Notes: generated by a model not told the origin, from the sequence alone. 64,000 bases of DNA from Candidatus Multivorans sp. (GCA_965247095.1 OZ251997.1:1120001-1184000), one strand, 5' to 3'; counted from the first letter of the stretch, positions 7,873-17,859 are shown. Numbers and translations: made by a program.

Positions 7873-9591
7873 TCAGATGTCAGCTTCAGCGTCGTCGACG
7901 AGTTCGATGCCCTTCTGGTCCAGGAGCATGCCGATCGCCTTGAAGTAGGCCAGCAAGGCCCGCCGGTAGCCCGTGACCGCCTCGACTTCACGGCTTCGCG
8001 CCGCGGTCAGATCCTCCTGGATTTCGAGCACCTGGAAGCTCGTCCAGAGTCCGTTCTGGTAGCGCTTCTGGGCTGCATCGAGGTTCTTCTCGGCCAGTTG
8101 TCGCGACACCCGGGCGGAGTCGATCTGCTTGCCCGCGGTCTCCACCGCGCGGGAGGCGGTACGGACCTCGGTCTGGATCGAGAGCATCACGTCCCGGAGT
8201 TCGAGGCGTCCCTGATCCAACGCCAGTTCGGCGATCCGGCTCTGGGCCCTGGCCGACCGGTTCTGAAGCGGCTTCGACAGGTTCAGGCCGACGTTCCAAC
8301 CCTCGAAGACCTGGCCCAGGATCCCGTTGTAGAACTGGTCGAGAGTCGAGAGGTAGTCGAGCGAGTCGGTCCGAAGGTACTCCTCGGGGCACGGCGAGAA
8401 CAAGTCGGCGATGCTCGGCGTACCGGGCCGCTCGCACGTCATGCGCTTGCCGCCGAGCGCGTTGCGCCCGTAGCTCACGCTCAGGTTGAGGTCGGGCCGC
8501 CCCTGGTTCTTCAAGAACTCCGAGTCGATCCCCAGGGACGCGATCCGAAGCTCCTGCCGGTCGACCTCGGCCCGCCGATCAAACGCCCAGTTCAGCGAGG
8601 CCTCCAGGTCGATGACGACGCGGGCAATCTCCGGTGAGGTTGTCGGCGTGATCTCCAGATCCCAGAATGACGCCTCGTTCAGATTGAGCAACCGCCTGAG
8701 CTCGTCCGCCGCGTCCTGGATCTGCGCCTGCACCCGGATGATCTCCTCCTCCCGGGTGGCGATACCGGCCTCGCTCTGCACGAGTTCGAGCGGCGCCAGC
8801 GTACCCACCTCGATCTGGATCCGGTTCATCTCGTGGAGTTCCTCGGCCAGGGCGAGACTCTCCTCGGCAACCTTGAATTGCTCCAGGGCTTCCACCAGAG
8901 CCCAGTAGCCGTTTGCGACCGTCTGCACCGTGTCGACGACCTGGACCTCCAGGTCCTCCAGGCTGATGTCGCTGTTGAGCCGCGCCACCGCGAGATTGCG
9001 CTCCGTGGTCTTCTTGCCGCGGTTCCTGAGCAAGGGCTGGTTGAAGGCGACCGTCAGGCTGGACCGCAAGCTCGGGTTGATGTCGGAGAAGCGGGAGTTC
9101 GACTCGGAACGGTTGTTCTGGAAATTGATCGTGAACTCGCCGCCCGACGAGATCGGCTGCCGCAGCTCGACGTTCGTGGTGATCGTCTCGTTCTGCGTCA
9201 CCAGGGCGCCGTCGAGTTGAGAGGCCGACGGCCGGCTGTCGCTGTTCACACTGCTGTCCACGCCAAGCACAAGATCGTAGATGCCGTACTCCTGGTTGAT
9301 CCGGAACAGCGACTGCGACCGCTGGTAGCGCTGCACCAGCAGAGCGAGATTGTTCTGCAGGGCAATCGCGATCGCTTCGTCGAGGTCCAGGCGAAGCTGT
9401 CCGTCCGCGATGTCCAACTCGGGCACGACCGGTGCGGTGATCCAGGTCGAGCCCACCTGCACCTGCGCTCCCGCCGGCGCTGTCGACGCCACAGGCAGAA
9501 TGAGAACGGCACAGAGCGCGGTGATCATCACCGCGGGCGGCAGCAGCCCACCACGGGCTGCTAGGACTCGCTGTACTGGAAACAGGTTCAT
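7873..9591 (-). CDS. TolC family outer membrane efflux protein
   Basis: Signal peptide, LDLDEAIAIALQNN, two OEP-like halves, C-terminal RYQNG...VLEIQEDL...YFKAIG; start may lie slightly downstream. Confidence 0.9.
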   Translation of the reverse strand: MNLFPVQRVLAARGGLLPPAVMITALCAVLILPVASTAPAGAQVQVGSTWITAPVVPELDIADGQLRLDLDEAIAIALQNNLALLVQRYQRSQSLFRINQEYGIYDLVLGVDSSVNSDSRPSASQLDGALVTQNETITTNVELRQPISSGGEFTINFQNNRSESNSRFSDINPSLRSSLTVAFNQPLLRNRGKKTTERNLAVARLNSDISLEDLEVQVVDTVQTVANGYWALVEALEQFKVAEESLALAEELHEMNRIQIEVGTLAPLELVQSEAGIATREEEIIRVQAQIQDAADELRRLLNLNEASFWDLEITPTTSPEIARVVIDLEASLNWAFDRRAEVDRQELRIASLGIDSEFLKNQGRPDLNLSVSYGRNALGGKRMTCERPGTPSIADLFSPCPEEYLRTDSLDYLSTLDQFYNGILGQVFEGWNVGLNLSKPLQNRSARAQSRIAELALDQGRLELRDVMLSIQTEVRTASRAVETAGKQIDSARVSRQLAEKNLDAAQKRYQNGLWTSFQVLEIQEDLTAARSREVEAVTGYRRALLAYFKAIGMLLDQKGIELVDDAEADI

Positions 9592-9870
9592 CGGGCTGCG
9601 TTCCTTCCTTCGACCGCGTCCCGGCCGGAACGGCCACCGCGCATCGTGTCTCCCTCTTTGACGCGAGAGGCGCGAGGTTGTTTCACCAACCCTATGCCCC
9701 GAACTCCCCAGGCGTCGCCTGTCCGAGCCGCACGACCCCCAACCCGCGGGTCGGGACCGGCCACACCCTATCCCGTGACGCGCCGCTCATTCAGCAGATC
9801 GTAGGCCCCTCCAGGACCAGGAATCAGGGTCCGAACGGGTGGCGAACCGCCATGGTACATTCCCGCCGCC

Positions 9871-10746
9871 ATGAACCTTCTCGAGGGTCTTCCGGCACCC
9901 CGCCGCGGCAAGGTCCGCGACATTTACGACCTGGACGATCGGCTGCTCCTGGTGGCCAGCGACCGCGTGTCCGCCTACGACTTCGTGCTCTCGCCGGAGA
10001 TTCCGGACAAGGGCAAGATCCTGAACCAGTTGACCAACTTCTGGTTCGATCGGCTGGGAGACACGATTCAAGGTCACCTGCTCGAGACCGACGTGCGGCG
10101 CTACCCGGCCGACCTGGAGCGGCACGCCGATTACCTGGAAGGGCGTTCCGTGCTTGTGCGCAAGGCGGAGGTGGTCCCCTACGAGTGCGTGGCGCGCGGC
10201 TACCTGGCCGGCAGCGCCTTCAAGGAGTACCAGGAGACCGGCCGGGCCTGCGGTCACGACCTGCCGGCGGGCATGCGGCGGGCGGAGAAACTGGACCAGC
10301 CTGTCTTCACGCCGGCCACGAAGGCCGAAGAGGGCCACGACGAGAACATCGACTACGACACTCTCGTCCAGGGTGTGGGACCTGAGATGGCGGCGACGCT
10401 GCGCCGGATCACGCTCGAACTCTTCACGCGGGGCCGCGAACATGCGGCGCAGCGGGGCCTGATCCTGGCGGACACGAAGTTCGAGTTCGGGCTGGTCGAC
10501 GGCCAACTGCTGCTGATCGACGAGGTTCTCACCCCGGACTCGTCGCGCTACTGGGACGCCGCGGCGTGGAGTCCGGGCACCGAGCCGGTGTCGTTCGACA
10601 AACAGCCGGTCCGCGACTGGGTGGCCGGCACCGGCTGGGACAAGGCCTCTCCGCCGCCGGAACTGACGCCAGAGGTCGTGAACGAGACCCGGGAGCGCTA
10701 CCTCGACGCGTTCCGGCGCGTCACCGGGCGCGATCCGGTCCTATAG
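9871..10746 (+). CDS. purC: SAICAR synthase
   Basis: RGKVRDIY, SDRVSAYD, ECVARGY, FTPATKA, ADTKFEFG, DEVLTPDSSRYW, SFDKQ. Confidence 0.97.
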   Translation: MNLLEGLPAPRRGKVRDIYDLDDRLLLVASDRVSAYDFVLSPEIPDKGKILNQLTNFWFDRLGDTIQGHLLETDVRRYPADLERHADYLEGRSVLVRKAEVVPYECVARGYLAGSAFKEYQETGRACGHDLPAGMRRAEKLDQPVFTPATKAEEGHDENIDYDTLVQGVGPEMAATLRRITLELFTRGREHAAQRGLILADTKFEFGLVDGQLLLIDEVLTPDSSRYWDAAAWSPGTEPVSFDKQPVRDWVAGTGWDKASPPPELTPEVVNETRERYLDAFRRVTGRDPVL

Positions 10747-11878
10747 GCCCGACGACCAGCCGTGGCAGCCGGCTTCTGAAGCCGCACCAGACTTCGTAGG
10801 CCGCGACGCCGGCGCGAGCGGCAAGCTCGGCGACACCGATTCGCTCGTCCTCCTGCGCGCCGAGCAGAACGCACTCGTCCCCTACCGCCACGCCGGGAAC
10901 TCCGGTGACATCGACGGTCAGCGAGTCCATGCTGATCCGGCCGGCTATCGGGCAGCGGGCGCCTCGCACCAGAACGTCGCCGGGGCCGAAGCCGGTGCTG
11001 AACCCGTCCCCGTACCCGACCGGCACCAGCGCGATCGTCGCCTCACGCGCCGCCTTCCAGGTGCGCCGGTAGCCCACGCCGGTTCCGGCCGGCACTTCCC
11101 GGAGATCGAGAATGGGCGCCTTCACGCTCATCACCGGGCGCAACCCGGACGCCGGTGAGGGATCGGCCAGCGCCGCCAGATCGAGCCCGTAGAGCGCCCC
11201 GCCCACGCGCACCGCATTCCAGCGGGCGGAGACCCGTCTGAGCGCGCCCGACGAGTTCGAGAGATGAACGGAGACCCTCCGGCGCTCCCCCGGGTCGAGC
11301 GCCGCCACAGCGGCGGCAAACCGTTGTTCCTGTTCGCCCGTGAAGCGGCTTCCCGGCAGTTCGGATTCCGCCAGGTGGGACATCAGGCCCGTGAGCTTCA
11401 GTTCGGACCTGGCCCGAAGGTCGTGGAGTATCGACGGCCACTGGTCGAGCGGCACACCGTAACGGCTCATGCCGGTGTCCAACTCGACCACGACACCGAG
11501 GGGGATTCCGCCATCGGACGACCGCCGTCGCCAGACCGACCAGTCGGCGACCTGCTCTCGCCTGGTGAGCACCGGCGTCGCGTCCCAATGGACGGCGCAC
11601 CCGAGTTCCTCGATCGAGGCCGGCCCGCCCAACAGCAGCAGCGTGCTCCGGACGCCGGCCCGCCGCAGTTCCTCCACCTCGCCAACGCGCGCCACCGCCA
11701 TCCCGTCGACGCCCAGCCGCTCCAGTTCGAGGGCCACCGCCACGGCGCCGTGGCCGTAGGCGTCCGCCTTGACGACTCCGAATACTCCTGCCTCACCGAC
11801 GGCCTGTCGAACCACACCCAGGTTGGCAGCCAGCGCGCCGAGGTCGATCTCGACCTGGGCGCTGGCACCGCGGGTCAG
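10721..11878 (-). CDS. alr: Alanine racemase (probable CTG start at 11878)
   Basis: VVKADAYGHG PLP-lysine motif, GLMSHLA, HLSNS, VGYGDG, GRISMD. The conserved N-terminal VEIDLGALAANL lies upstream of the ORF-track start at 11815. Confidence 0.93.
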   Translation of the reverse strand: MTRGASAQVEIDLGALAANLGVVRQAVGEAGVFGVVKADAYGHGAVAVALELERLGVDGMAVARVGEVEELRRAGVRSTLLLLGGPASIEELGCAVHWDATPVLTRREQVADWSVWRRRSSDGGIPLGVVVELDTGMSRYGVPLDQWPSILHDLRARSELKLTGLMSHLAESELPGSRFTGEQEQRFAAAVAALDPGERRRVSVHLSNSSGALRRVSARWNAVRVGGALYGLDLAALADPSPASGLRPVMSVKAPILDLREVPAGTGVGYRRTWKAAREATIALVPVGYGDGFSTGFGPGDVLVRGARCPIAGRISMDSLTVDVTGVPGVAVGDECVLLGAQEDERIGVAELAARAGVAAYEVWCGFRSRLPRLVVGPIGPDRAR

Positions 11879-13236
11879 CTCGGTCCCTCAGGCGGCGTGT
11901 GGCGGCCGTCGTGGTTTCGGAACGTGGTCGTGTCGCCGATGAAGACGAGATTCACGCTCCCCGTTTCACCGTTGCGGTGCTTGGCGATGATCAACTGGGC
12001 CATGCCTTCCACATCCGGGTCGTCGGGTTCATACACCTCCTCCCGGTAGACGAACATGACGACATCGGCGTCCTGTTCGATGTTGCCCGACTCCCGGAGA
12101 TCCGCGAGTTGGGGACGGTGGTCCTTGCCCCGGCGCTCCGGCAGCCGCGAGAGCTGGGACAGGGCCACGACCGGCACGTCGAGCTCCTTGGCCAGTTGCT
12201 TCAGGCCGCGCGTGATCGCTCCGATCTCCAGGTTGCGGTTCTCGTACCTGCCCCCCGCGTTCATCAACTGGAGGTAGTCCACGACCAGGAGCGCGAGGCC
12301 GTGCTGCGCCTTCAGCCGGCGCGCCTTCGAGGCGACCTCGAGTAGCGATGGATTGGCGGAGTCGTCGATGAAGAGACTCGAGTCTCGACCGCTTGCCACC
12401 GCCTGGTGCACGCGGCTCCAGTCACGCGTCGAGAGCCGACCGCCGCGCAGCCGGTGGAAGGGGATGTCGGTCGTCGAGCACAACACCCGCATGGCGATTT
12501 CCCGCTCGCTCATCTCAAGCGAGAAGAAGCCCGCCGTCTTCTTTTCTTCATGCGTGACGTGGGTCGCAATGTTCAGGGCCAGGCTCGTCTTGCCCATCCC
12601 CGGCCGGCCGGCAACGATGACCAGGTTGCCCGGCTGGAGACCGTGCGTCATGCGATCGAAGTCGACAAAGCCGGTGCGCAGGCCGGGGAAGTCGTTCGCC
12701 GTTTGCTGTTCGAGCTGCTTGATTGTCTCGCGGTAAACCTGGTCGAGAGGCACGAAGGTTCGCGCCACCGCCTCCTCACTCAGCTCCATCACGGCCTGCT
12801 CCGCGCGGTCCAGGGCGTCTCTCGCCTCGAGACCGCCGTCGAGCGCCGTCCTGTAGATCGTCGTGCAGGCGTCGATCAGGCGCCTGCGCAGGGCCCGTTC
12901 CTTGATGATCTCGACGTAGGAGTCGACCCGGCCGAGGTCGGGCAGATCCACCTCCAGCGTGGCCAGATACGCCACCCCGCCGGCGGCGTCGAGCTGGCCT
13001 CGTTGCTCCAGCCGCGCCTGTACCGTCCGGAGGTCGATCGGACTGTCCGCCTCCTGGAGCGCGAGCATCGCCTCGTACAGCAGCCGATGCCTCTCGAAGT
13101 AGTAGTCCTCCGGCTTCAGGCGGGTCGAGGTAGCCGCCAGGTGCCGGTCGGCGTCGAGCAGAATCGCGGCCAGCACCGCGCGCTCAGACTCCTCGCTGTG
13201 CGGCAGACTGTGTGTTTCCTCGACCGGGGCGCGCAC
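11875..13236 (-). CDS. dnaB: Replicative DNA helicase DnaB
   Basis: PHSEESERAVL, AGRPGMGKT, FSLEM, VDYLQL, LSQLSR, DLRESGNIEQDAD, KHRNG. Confidence 0.98.
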   Translation of the reverse strand: MRAPVEETHSLPHSEESERAVLAAILLDADRHLAATSTRLKPEDYYFERHRLLYEAMLALQEADSPIDLRTVQARLEQRGQLDAAGGVAYLATLEVDLPDLGRVDSYVEIIKERALRRRLIDACTTIYRTALDGGLEARDALDRAEQAVMELSEEAVARTFVPLDQVYRETIKQLEQQTANDFPGLRTGFVDFDRMTHGLQPGNLVIVAGRPGMGKTSLALNIATHVTHEEKKTAGFFSLEMSEREIAMRVLCSTTDIPFHRLRGGRLSTRDWSRVHQAVASGRDSSLFIDDSANPSLLEVASKARRLKAQHGLALLVVDYLQLMNAGGRYENRNLEIGAITRGLKQLAKELDVPVVALSQLSRLPERRGKDHRPQLADLRESGNIEQDADVVMFVYREEVYEPDDPDVEGMAQLIIAKHRNGETGSVNLVFIGDTTTFRNHDGRHTPPEGPS

Positions 13237-13366
13237 GATGCCTCTAGCCTAGCGTCGTCAGGCGCCGCCGCGCGCCCGGTCGCGCCTGCGAATTTTCGGC
13301 AAGCCGTGCGAAGATGGGCAGGCGCCGGCGGTTGGGTCGAGAGCCGGTGGCACTGCCCCTGAACCC

Positions 13367-14512
13367 ATGTTGGCAAGACACTCGCAGCACCCGTTGCGCG
13401 GTTGGTTGGCGTCAGGGGTGGTCTGCGCGGTCTTCTTTGCCTGGGTTCTCGCCATCACTCCCGTCTCAGGCCAGGAAGTGGACCGCGAACCCGACCCCCG
13501 GCAGGCGCCCCGCTCAACGGACGAATCCGGGACCGACGGCGACGGCGACGAGGTCGCGGGCGAGGAGGTCGACCCGTGCGCGTCCGAGTACCTGGAGGGT
13601 CGATCCTGGCTCGACTGGCTCAACCTGCGCCTCCACCGGACGGCCTGCGAGACGGCCCTGTGGTTCGACCACCTGTTCGGCGACTACCGGCTGGACGAGG
13701 AACTCGAAGCGACGCACGGCCGGGCCCAGGTGGGCGTGATCTGGGACGAGCAGTACGGCTTCGAGGACGACCTGCGGTTCCGCGCCCGCTTGCACTTCCC
13801 GAGAATGGAGCGGCGTCTCAACGCCTTCGTCGGCCGCGATGACCGGGAGGACGTACTGGAGGACGCCCAGCGCCGCGGCGCCACGTCCCTGCCGGGCATG
13901 TTCGATCCCGCCGACGACGAGTGGCTGGTGGGACTGGGCTACCGGCCGATCTCGGGCCCCGGCGGGGACCTCGACTTCGATGTCGGCATGAACTTCAAGT
14001 TTCCGATCGAGCCCTTTGCCCGCGCCCGCTACAAGCACCGGACCTTCCTCTCGGACACGGACCTCGTGCGATTCCGCCACGCCCTGTTCTGGGAGCGGGA
14101 GGACGACTGGGGCCTGTCGACCCGGATCGACTACGAGCACGCCTTCGCCGGCGGTTCGATGATGCGCTGGCGCGGCGCCGGGAAGATCTCCGGCATCACG
14201 CAGGGTGCCGACTGGTTCACCGAGTTGAGTTACTACCGCCGTCTGGGCCGTCGCCGCGCCCTGGCCCACCAGATCGGCGCCAACGGCGAGACCGACGCAC
14301 CGATTCTGGTCGAGAACTACTTCGTGCGCGTGATCTATCGCCAGCAGATCCTCCGCGAGTGGCTCTTCCTCGAGATCGGTCCCGGCATGGCCTGGCGGCG
14401 AGACGTGCGGGGCGAACCGAGGGATTCAGTTCCGATCCTGCGCTTCGGCGTCGAGATGCTGTTCGGCGACTACCGCGGCCAGGGTACTGCCGCACCGGTG
14501 CCGGGCAGATAA
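13367..14512 (+). CDS. Hypothetical secreted protein, probable outer-membrane beta-barrel
   Basis: Signal peptide, alternating aromatic/hydrophilic strands, terminal strand LRFGVEMLFG, strong GC3 codon bias. Confidence 0.6.
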   Translation: MLARHSQHPLRGWLASGVVCAVFFAWVLAITPVSGQEVDREPDPRQAPRSTDESGTDGDGDEVAGEEVDPCASEYLEGRSWLDWLNLRLHRTACETALWFDHLFGDYRLDEELEATHGRAQVGVIWDEQYGFEDDLRFRARLHFPRMERRLNAFVGRDDREDVLEDAQRRGATSLPGMFDPADDEWLVGLGYRPISGPGGDLDFDVGMNFKFPIEPFARARYKHRTFLSDTDLVRFRHALFWEREDDWGLSTRIDYEHAFAGGSMMRWRGAGKISGITQGADWFTELSYYRRLGRRRALAHQIGANGETDAPILVENYFVRVIYRQQILREWLFLEIGPGMAWRRDVRGEPRDSVPILRFGVEMLFGDYRGQGTAAPVPGR

Positions 14513-14553
14513 GGTCACGGGCTCGGAAACACGACCAGAAAGCGAGGAAACAG

Positions 14554-15336
14554 ATGAGCGGTAGCGCCGCCGGGAACGGCGAAGTGACGGTTGTGGTCGG
14601 CGACGATCTGGTCGCGGAGGTCCAAGTCCACCGGCCGCCGAACAACTTTTTCGACCAGGACCTGATTGCCGCACTTGCGGCAGCGATCGAGGAACTCGAC
14701 GAACGGAGCGACTGCCGTGCCGTGGTGCTCTGTTCCGAGGGCAAGCACTTCTGTGCGGGCGCAAACTTGAACTCTTCGCGTCCGGCAACCGGAACCCCGC
14801 AGCGCCACCTGTACGACGAAGCCTTGCGCCTGTTCGAGACCCGGACCCCGGTCGTCGCCGCCATCCAGGGCGCGGCCATCGGCGGCGGTCTCGGGCTGGC
14901 CCTGATGCCGGACTTCCGCGTCGCCTGCGCCGAAGCCCGGTTCGCCGCGAACTTCGCCCGCCTGGGCTTCATCCAGGGCTTCGGGCTGACCGTGACCCTC
15001 CCGCGTCTGGTCGGCCGCCAGCGGGCGATGGAAATGCTCTACACCGGTCGCCGGGTCAGGGGCGAAGAGGCGTTTCGGATCGGCCTCTGCGACGAACTCG
15101 TTCCCCGCGACGAAGTGCGGGCACGGGCGCGGGCACTCGCAGCAGAGATCGCCGCCTCGGCGCCTCTCGCCGTGCGCTCGATCCGCGAGACCCTCCGCGG
15201 CCGGCTCCCCGCCGAGATCCGAGCGGCCACCGACCACGAGAAGGTCGAGCAGGACCGGCTGCGGCAGACCGCGGACTTCGCCGAGGGTGTGCGGGCGATG
15301 ACGGAGCGCCGCCTGCCGCGGTTCACCGGCTCCTGA
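14554..15336 (+). CDS. Enoyl-CoA hydratase/isomerase family protein
   Basis: FCAGANL, PVVAAIQGAAIGGGLGLAL, DFAEGVRAM; ATG 14554 follows a GAGG RBS. Confidence 0.9.
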   Translation: MSGSAAGNGEVTVVVGDDLVAEVQVHRPPNNFFDQDLIAALAAAIEELDERSDCRAVVLCSEGKHFCAGANLNSSRPATGTPQRHLYDEALRLFETRTPVVAAIQGAAIGGGLGLALMPDFRVACAEARFAANFARLGFIQGFGLTVTLPRLVGRQRAMEMLYTGRRVRGEEAFRIGLCDELVPRDEVRARARALAAEIAASAPLAVRSIRETLRGRLPAEIRAATDHEKVEQDRLRQTADFAEGVRAMTERRLPRFTGS

Positions 15337-15406
15337 TCCCCCCAGGATCGCCGGCCCCGCTCCGCCATTCCGCCGGCGGGCGCCGGAAGTTCATCGACGC
15401 CGTTGC

Positions 15407-17335
15407 TCAGGCGCCGGCCGCCGTGGCAACCAGGAACGTGGCCCAGGCCCCCAGCCAGCCCAGGCCGGTCATGTAGACGAAGGTGAAGGCCGGCCACCGC
15501 CACTTCCCCGTCTCGCGACGGATCACAGCCAGGGTCGACATGCACTGCATGGCGAACGCGAAGTAGACGAGCAGCGCAAGAGCCGACGCACGGGACAGCA
15601 CCGGCGCTCCCCCGCGCTCGCCGCCGCCGGCCAGGACGCCGCCGAGCCCCTCGCCGTCCTCGCCTTCGTGGGCGTAGATCTGCGCCAACGTGGCGACCAT
15701 GACCTCGCGGGCGGCCTGAGACGCGACCAGACCGACGTTGATGCGCCAGTCGAAGTCCATGGGGGCGAACACCGGCTCCAGGAATCTGCCCACGGAGGCC
15801 GCGTAGCTGCCCTCGAGGATCGCCTGCTGGTTGGCCACGGCGCTGAGCTGGGAGTCGACGTCGCGCCGCGGCAGGTTGAGCAGGAACCAGAGCACGATAC
15901 TGACGCTGAGGATGATCGTGCCCGCGCGGCGCAGGAACATGCGCGCGCGGTCCCAGACGCCCAGCGCGATGTCGTTCAGCCGCGGCAGGCGGAACGGCGG
16001 CAACTCCAGGTAGAACGGCACCGACGCGCCCCGTCTCAAACCGCGCTCGAGCACCGCGGCCGAAAGGAGCGCCGCTGCCGTTCCCAGGAGGTAGAGGCCG
16101 CCCAGGGTCAGGCCCTGCCAGGTGAACGGTCCGAACACCGGATCGGCGGGAATGAAAGCCGCGATCAGCAGCGTGTACACCGGTAGCCGAGCCGAGCAGG
16201 TGGCGAACGGCGCCACCAGGATCGTGGTCAGCCGATCCCGTTCCGAGGGGATCGTCCGGGTCGCCATGATGCCGGGAACGGCACAGGCGTACGAGGAAAG
16301 CAGGGCCAGGAAACAGCGCCCCTCGAGACCCACCCAACCCATCAACCGGTCCACGACGAAGGCTGCCCGCGCCATGTATCCGCAACCTTCAAGAAACAGG
16401 ATGACGGTGAACAGCAGGACGATCTGGGGCAGGAAGACGATCACCGCCCCGACACCCCGAATCACGCCGTCCGCGAGCAGTCGCGTCAACAACGTGTCCG
16501 GCAGAGCGGTGAGCAACCGGGCGGCGAGGCCGTCCATCAGCCCCGACACCAGGTCCATCGCGGGCGTGGCCCAGGTGAAGATCGCCTGGAAGAAGAGGGC
16601 GACGAAGGTGAGAAAAACCGCCGGCCCGAGCACCGGATGGAGCAGAAACCGGTCCAGTCTCCGGGTCCAGCGATCCGGTCGCGGAGTCTCTCGGCGGCAT
16701 CGCTCCAGCACCCCGTACGTCCAATCGAACCTCTCCTCCGGCGTGTCCGTCGCTGCGGCCTCCCGCAGTGCCGGCGACGGGGTCCAGTCCCCGGAGGAGG
16801 CCAGCAGGGCGCCGAGGTCGTCGATGCCGAGGCCGCGGTTGCCGACCACCCCGAGCACCGGAACGCCGAGTTCGGCCTCGAGGGCGGTGAGGTCGATCTC
16901 GCCATGCCGCGCCTTCAGTTCGTCGATCATGGTCAGAGCGACACAGAGCGGCAGGCCCAGGCTCGCGGCCTCCGCCACGAGGGGCAGGGCGCGTTCAATC
17001 GTCGTCGCATCCAGGACGACCAGCATGCCGTCGGGCGGCGGCTCGCCGAACTCGCCGCGCAGCACCCGCACCGCTACCGCTTCGTCCTCCGATTGCGGTT
17101 CCAGGCTGTACACGCCCGGAAGGTCGATCAGGCGAATGGACTCTTCCGTGAACCGGCCCTGCAGCCCGCCTTCGCGCCGGTCGACCGTAACCCCCGGGTA
17201 GTTCCCCGCCTTCGCCCGGTGCCCGGTGAGGGCGTTGAATAGCGTCGTCTTGCCCGAGTTCGGTGCTCCGAGGATGGCGATACGAGCGAGCCGCTGGGGG
17301 GCGTGCGCCGGCCCCAGCCGGACCAGCGCCGTCAT
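15407..17335 (-). CDS. feoB: Ferrous iron transporter B
   Basis: GAPNSGKTTLFNALTG, GNYPGVTVD, DLPGVYSL, GYMARAAF, CSARLPVY, FYLELP. Confidence 0.96.
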   Translation of the reverse strand: MTALVRLGPAHAPQRLARIAILGAPNSGKTTLFNALTGHRAKAGNYPGVTVDRREGGLQGRFTEESIRLIDLPGVYSLEPQSEDEAVAVRVLRGEFGEPPPDGMLVVLDATTIERALPLVAEAASLGLPLCVALTMIDELKARHGEIDLTALEAELGVPVLGVVGNRGLGIDDLGALLASSGDWTPSPALREAAATDTPEERFDWTYGVLERCRRETPRPDRWTRRLDRFLLHPVLGPAVFLTFVALFFQAIFTWATPAMDLVSGLMDGLAARLLTALPDTLLTRLLADGVIRGVGAVIVFLPQIVLLFTVILFLEGCGYMARAAFVVDRLMGWVGLEGRCFLALLSSYACAVPGIMATRTIPSERDRLTTILVAPFATCSARLPVYTLLIAAFIPADPVFGPFTWQGLTLGGLYLLGTAAALLSAAVLERGLRRGASVPFYLELPPFRLPRLNDIALGVWDRARMFLRRAGTIILSVSIVLWFLLNLPRRDVDSQLSAVANQQAILEGSYAASVGRFLEPVFAPMDFDWRINVGLVASQAAREVMVATLAQIYAHEGEDGEGLGGVLAGGGERGGAPVLSRASALALLVYFAFAMQCMSTLAVIRRETGKWRWPAFTFVYMTGLGWLGAWATFLVATAAGA

Positions 17336-17577
17336 GAGCTGCCCGGCCGGACGCGAATCCGACTCGCCTCGCTGCGGCGCAGGCTGAGGATGGCGCCGTG
17401 GAGTTCATACATCGCCGGATCGCCCAGCGGCGCACGGCGAACGAACCGCACCGCACTGCCCCGGCAGAAACCGATCTCCCGCAGGCGCCAACTGACCGGG
17501 CCGTCCCCCGTCACCCCCGCGATCTCGACCAGCCGGTCGTCGCCAGAATCCGCCAACTCGGCCAGTGTCCGGTCCAT
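17332..17577 (-). CDS. feoA: Ferrous iron transport protein A
   Basis: RLREIGF...VRRAPLGDP...LSLRRSEA; ATGA overlap with feoB. Confidence 0.9.
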   Translation of the reverse strand: MDRTLAELADSGDDRLVEIAGVTGDGPVSWRLREIGFCRGSAVRFVRRAPLGDPAMYELHGAILSLRRSEASRIRVRPGSS

Positions 17578-17645
17578 TTCGGACCGGGATAGTACCAGTT
17601 TCCTCCACTCCCCACAGAGGAGCTCTTTCCGCCGTGGCGGCGGCG

Positions 17646-17730
17646 TGCCGGAGGTGGGATTCGAACCCACAAGCCCTATAGAGGGCGGGGGATTTTAAGT
17701 CCCCTGCGTCTGCCGTTCCGCCACTCCGGC
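17646..17730 (-). tRNA. tRNA-Leu(TAA)
   Basis: Reverse complement folds as a cloverleaf with anticodon TAA and long variable arm; CCA not encoded. Confidence 0.95.
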
Positions 17731-17743
17731 GTATCAGGAAGTC

Positions 17744-17818
17744 TGGAGGCGACGGCCGGATTCGAACCGGCGAATAAGGGTTTTGCAGACCCTCGCCTTA
17801 CCACTTGGCCACGTCGCC
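17744..17818 (-). tRNA. tRNA-Cys(GCA)
   Basis: GGCGACG acceptor, AGGGT-CT-GCA-AA-ACCCT anticodon arm, encoded CCA. Confidence 0.95.
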
Positions 17819-17859
17819 TTGGGGGACTTCGGCGCCGGTCTCGAGCCGCGCGGCTCGCA

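Noticed and set aside
7369-7991. ORFs with repeated peptides over the tRNA array
   Set aside because: They are translations of the tRNA and its repeats, with no RBS or protein-like features.
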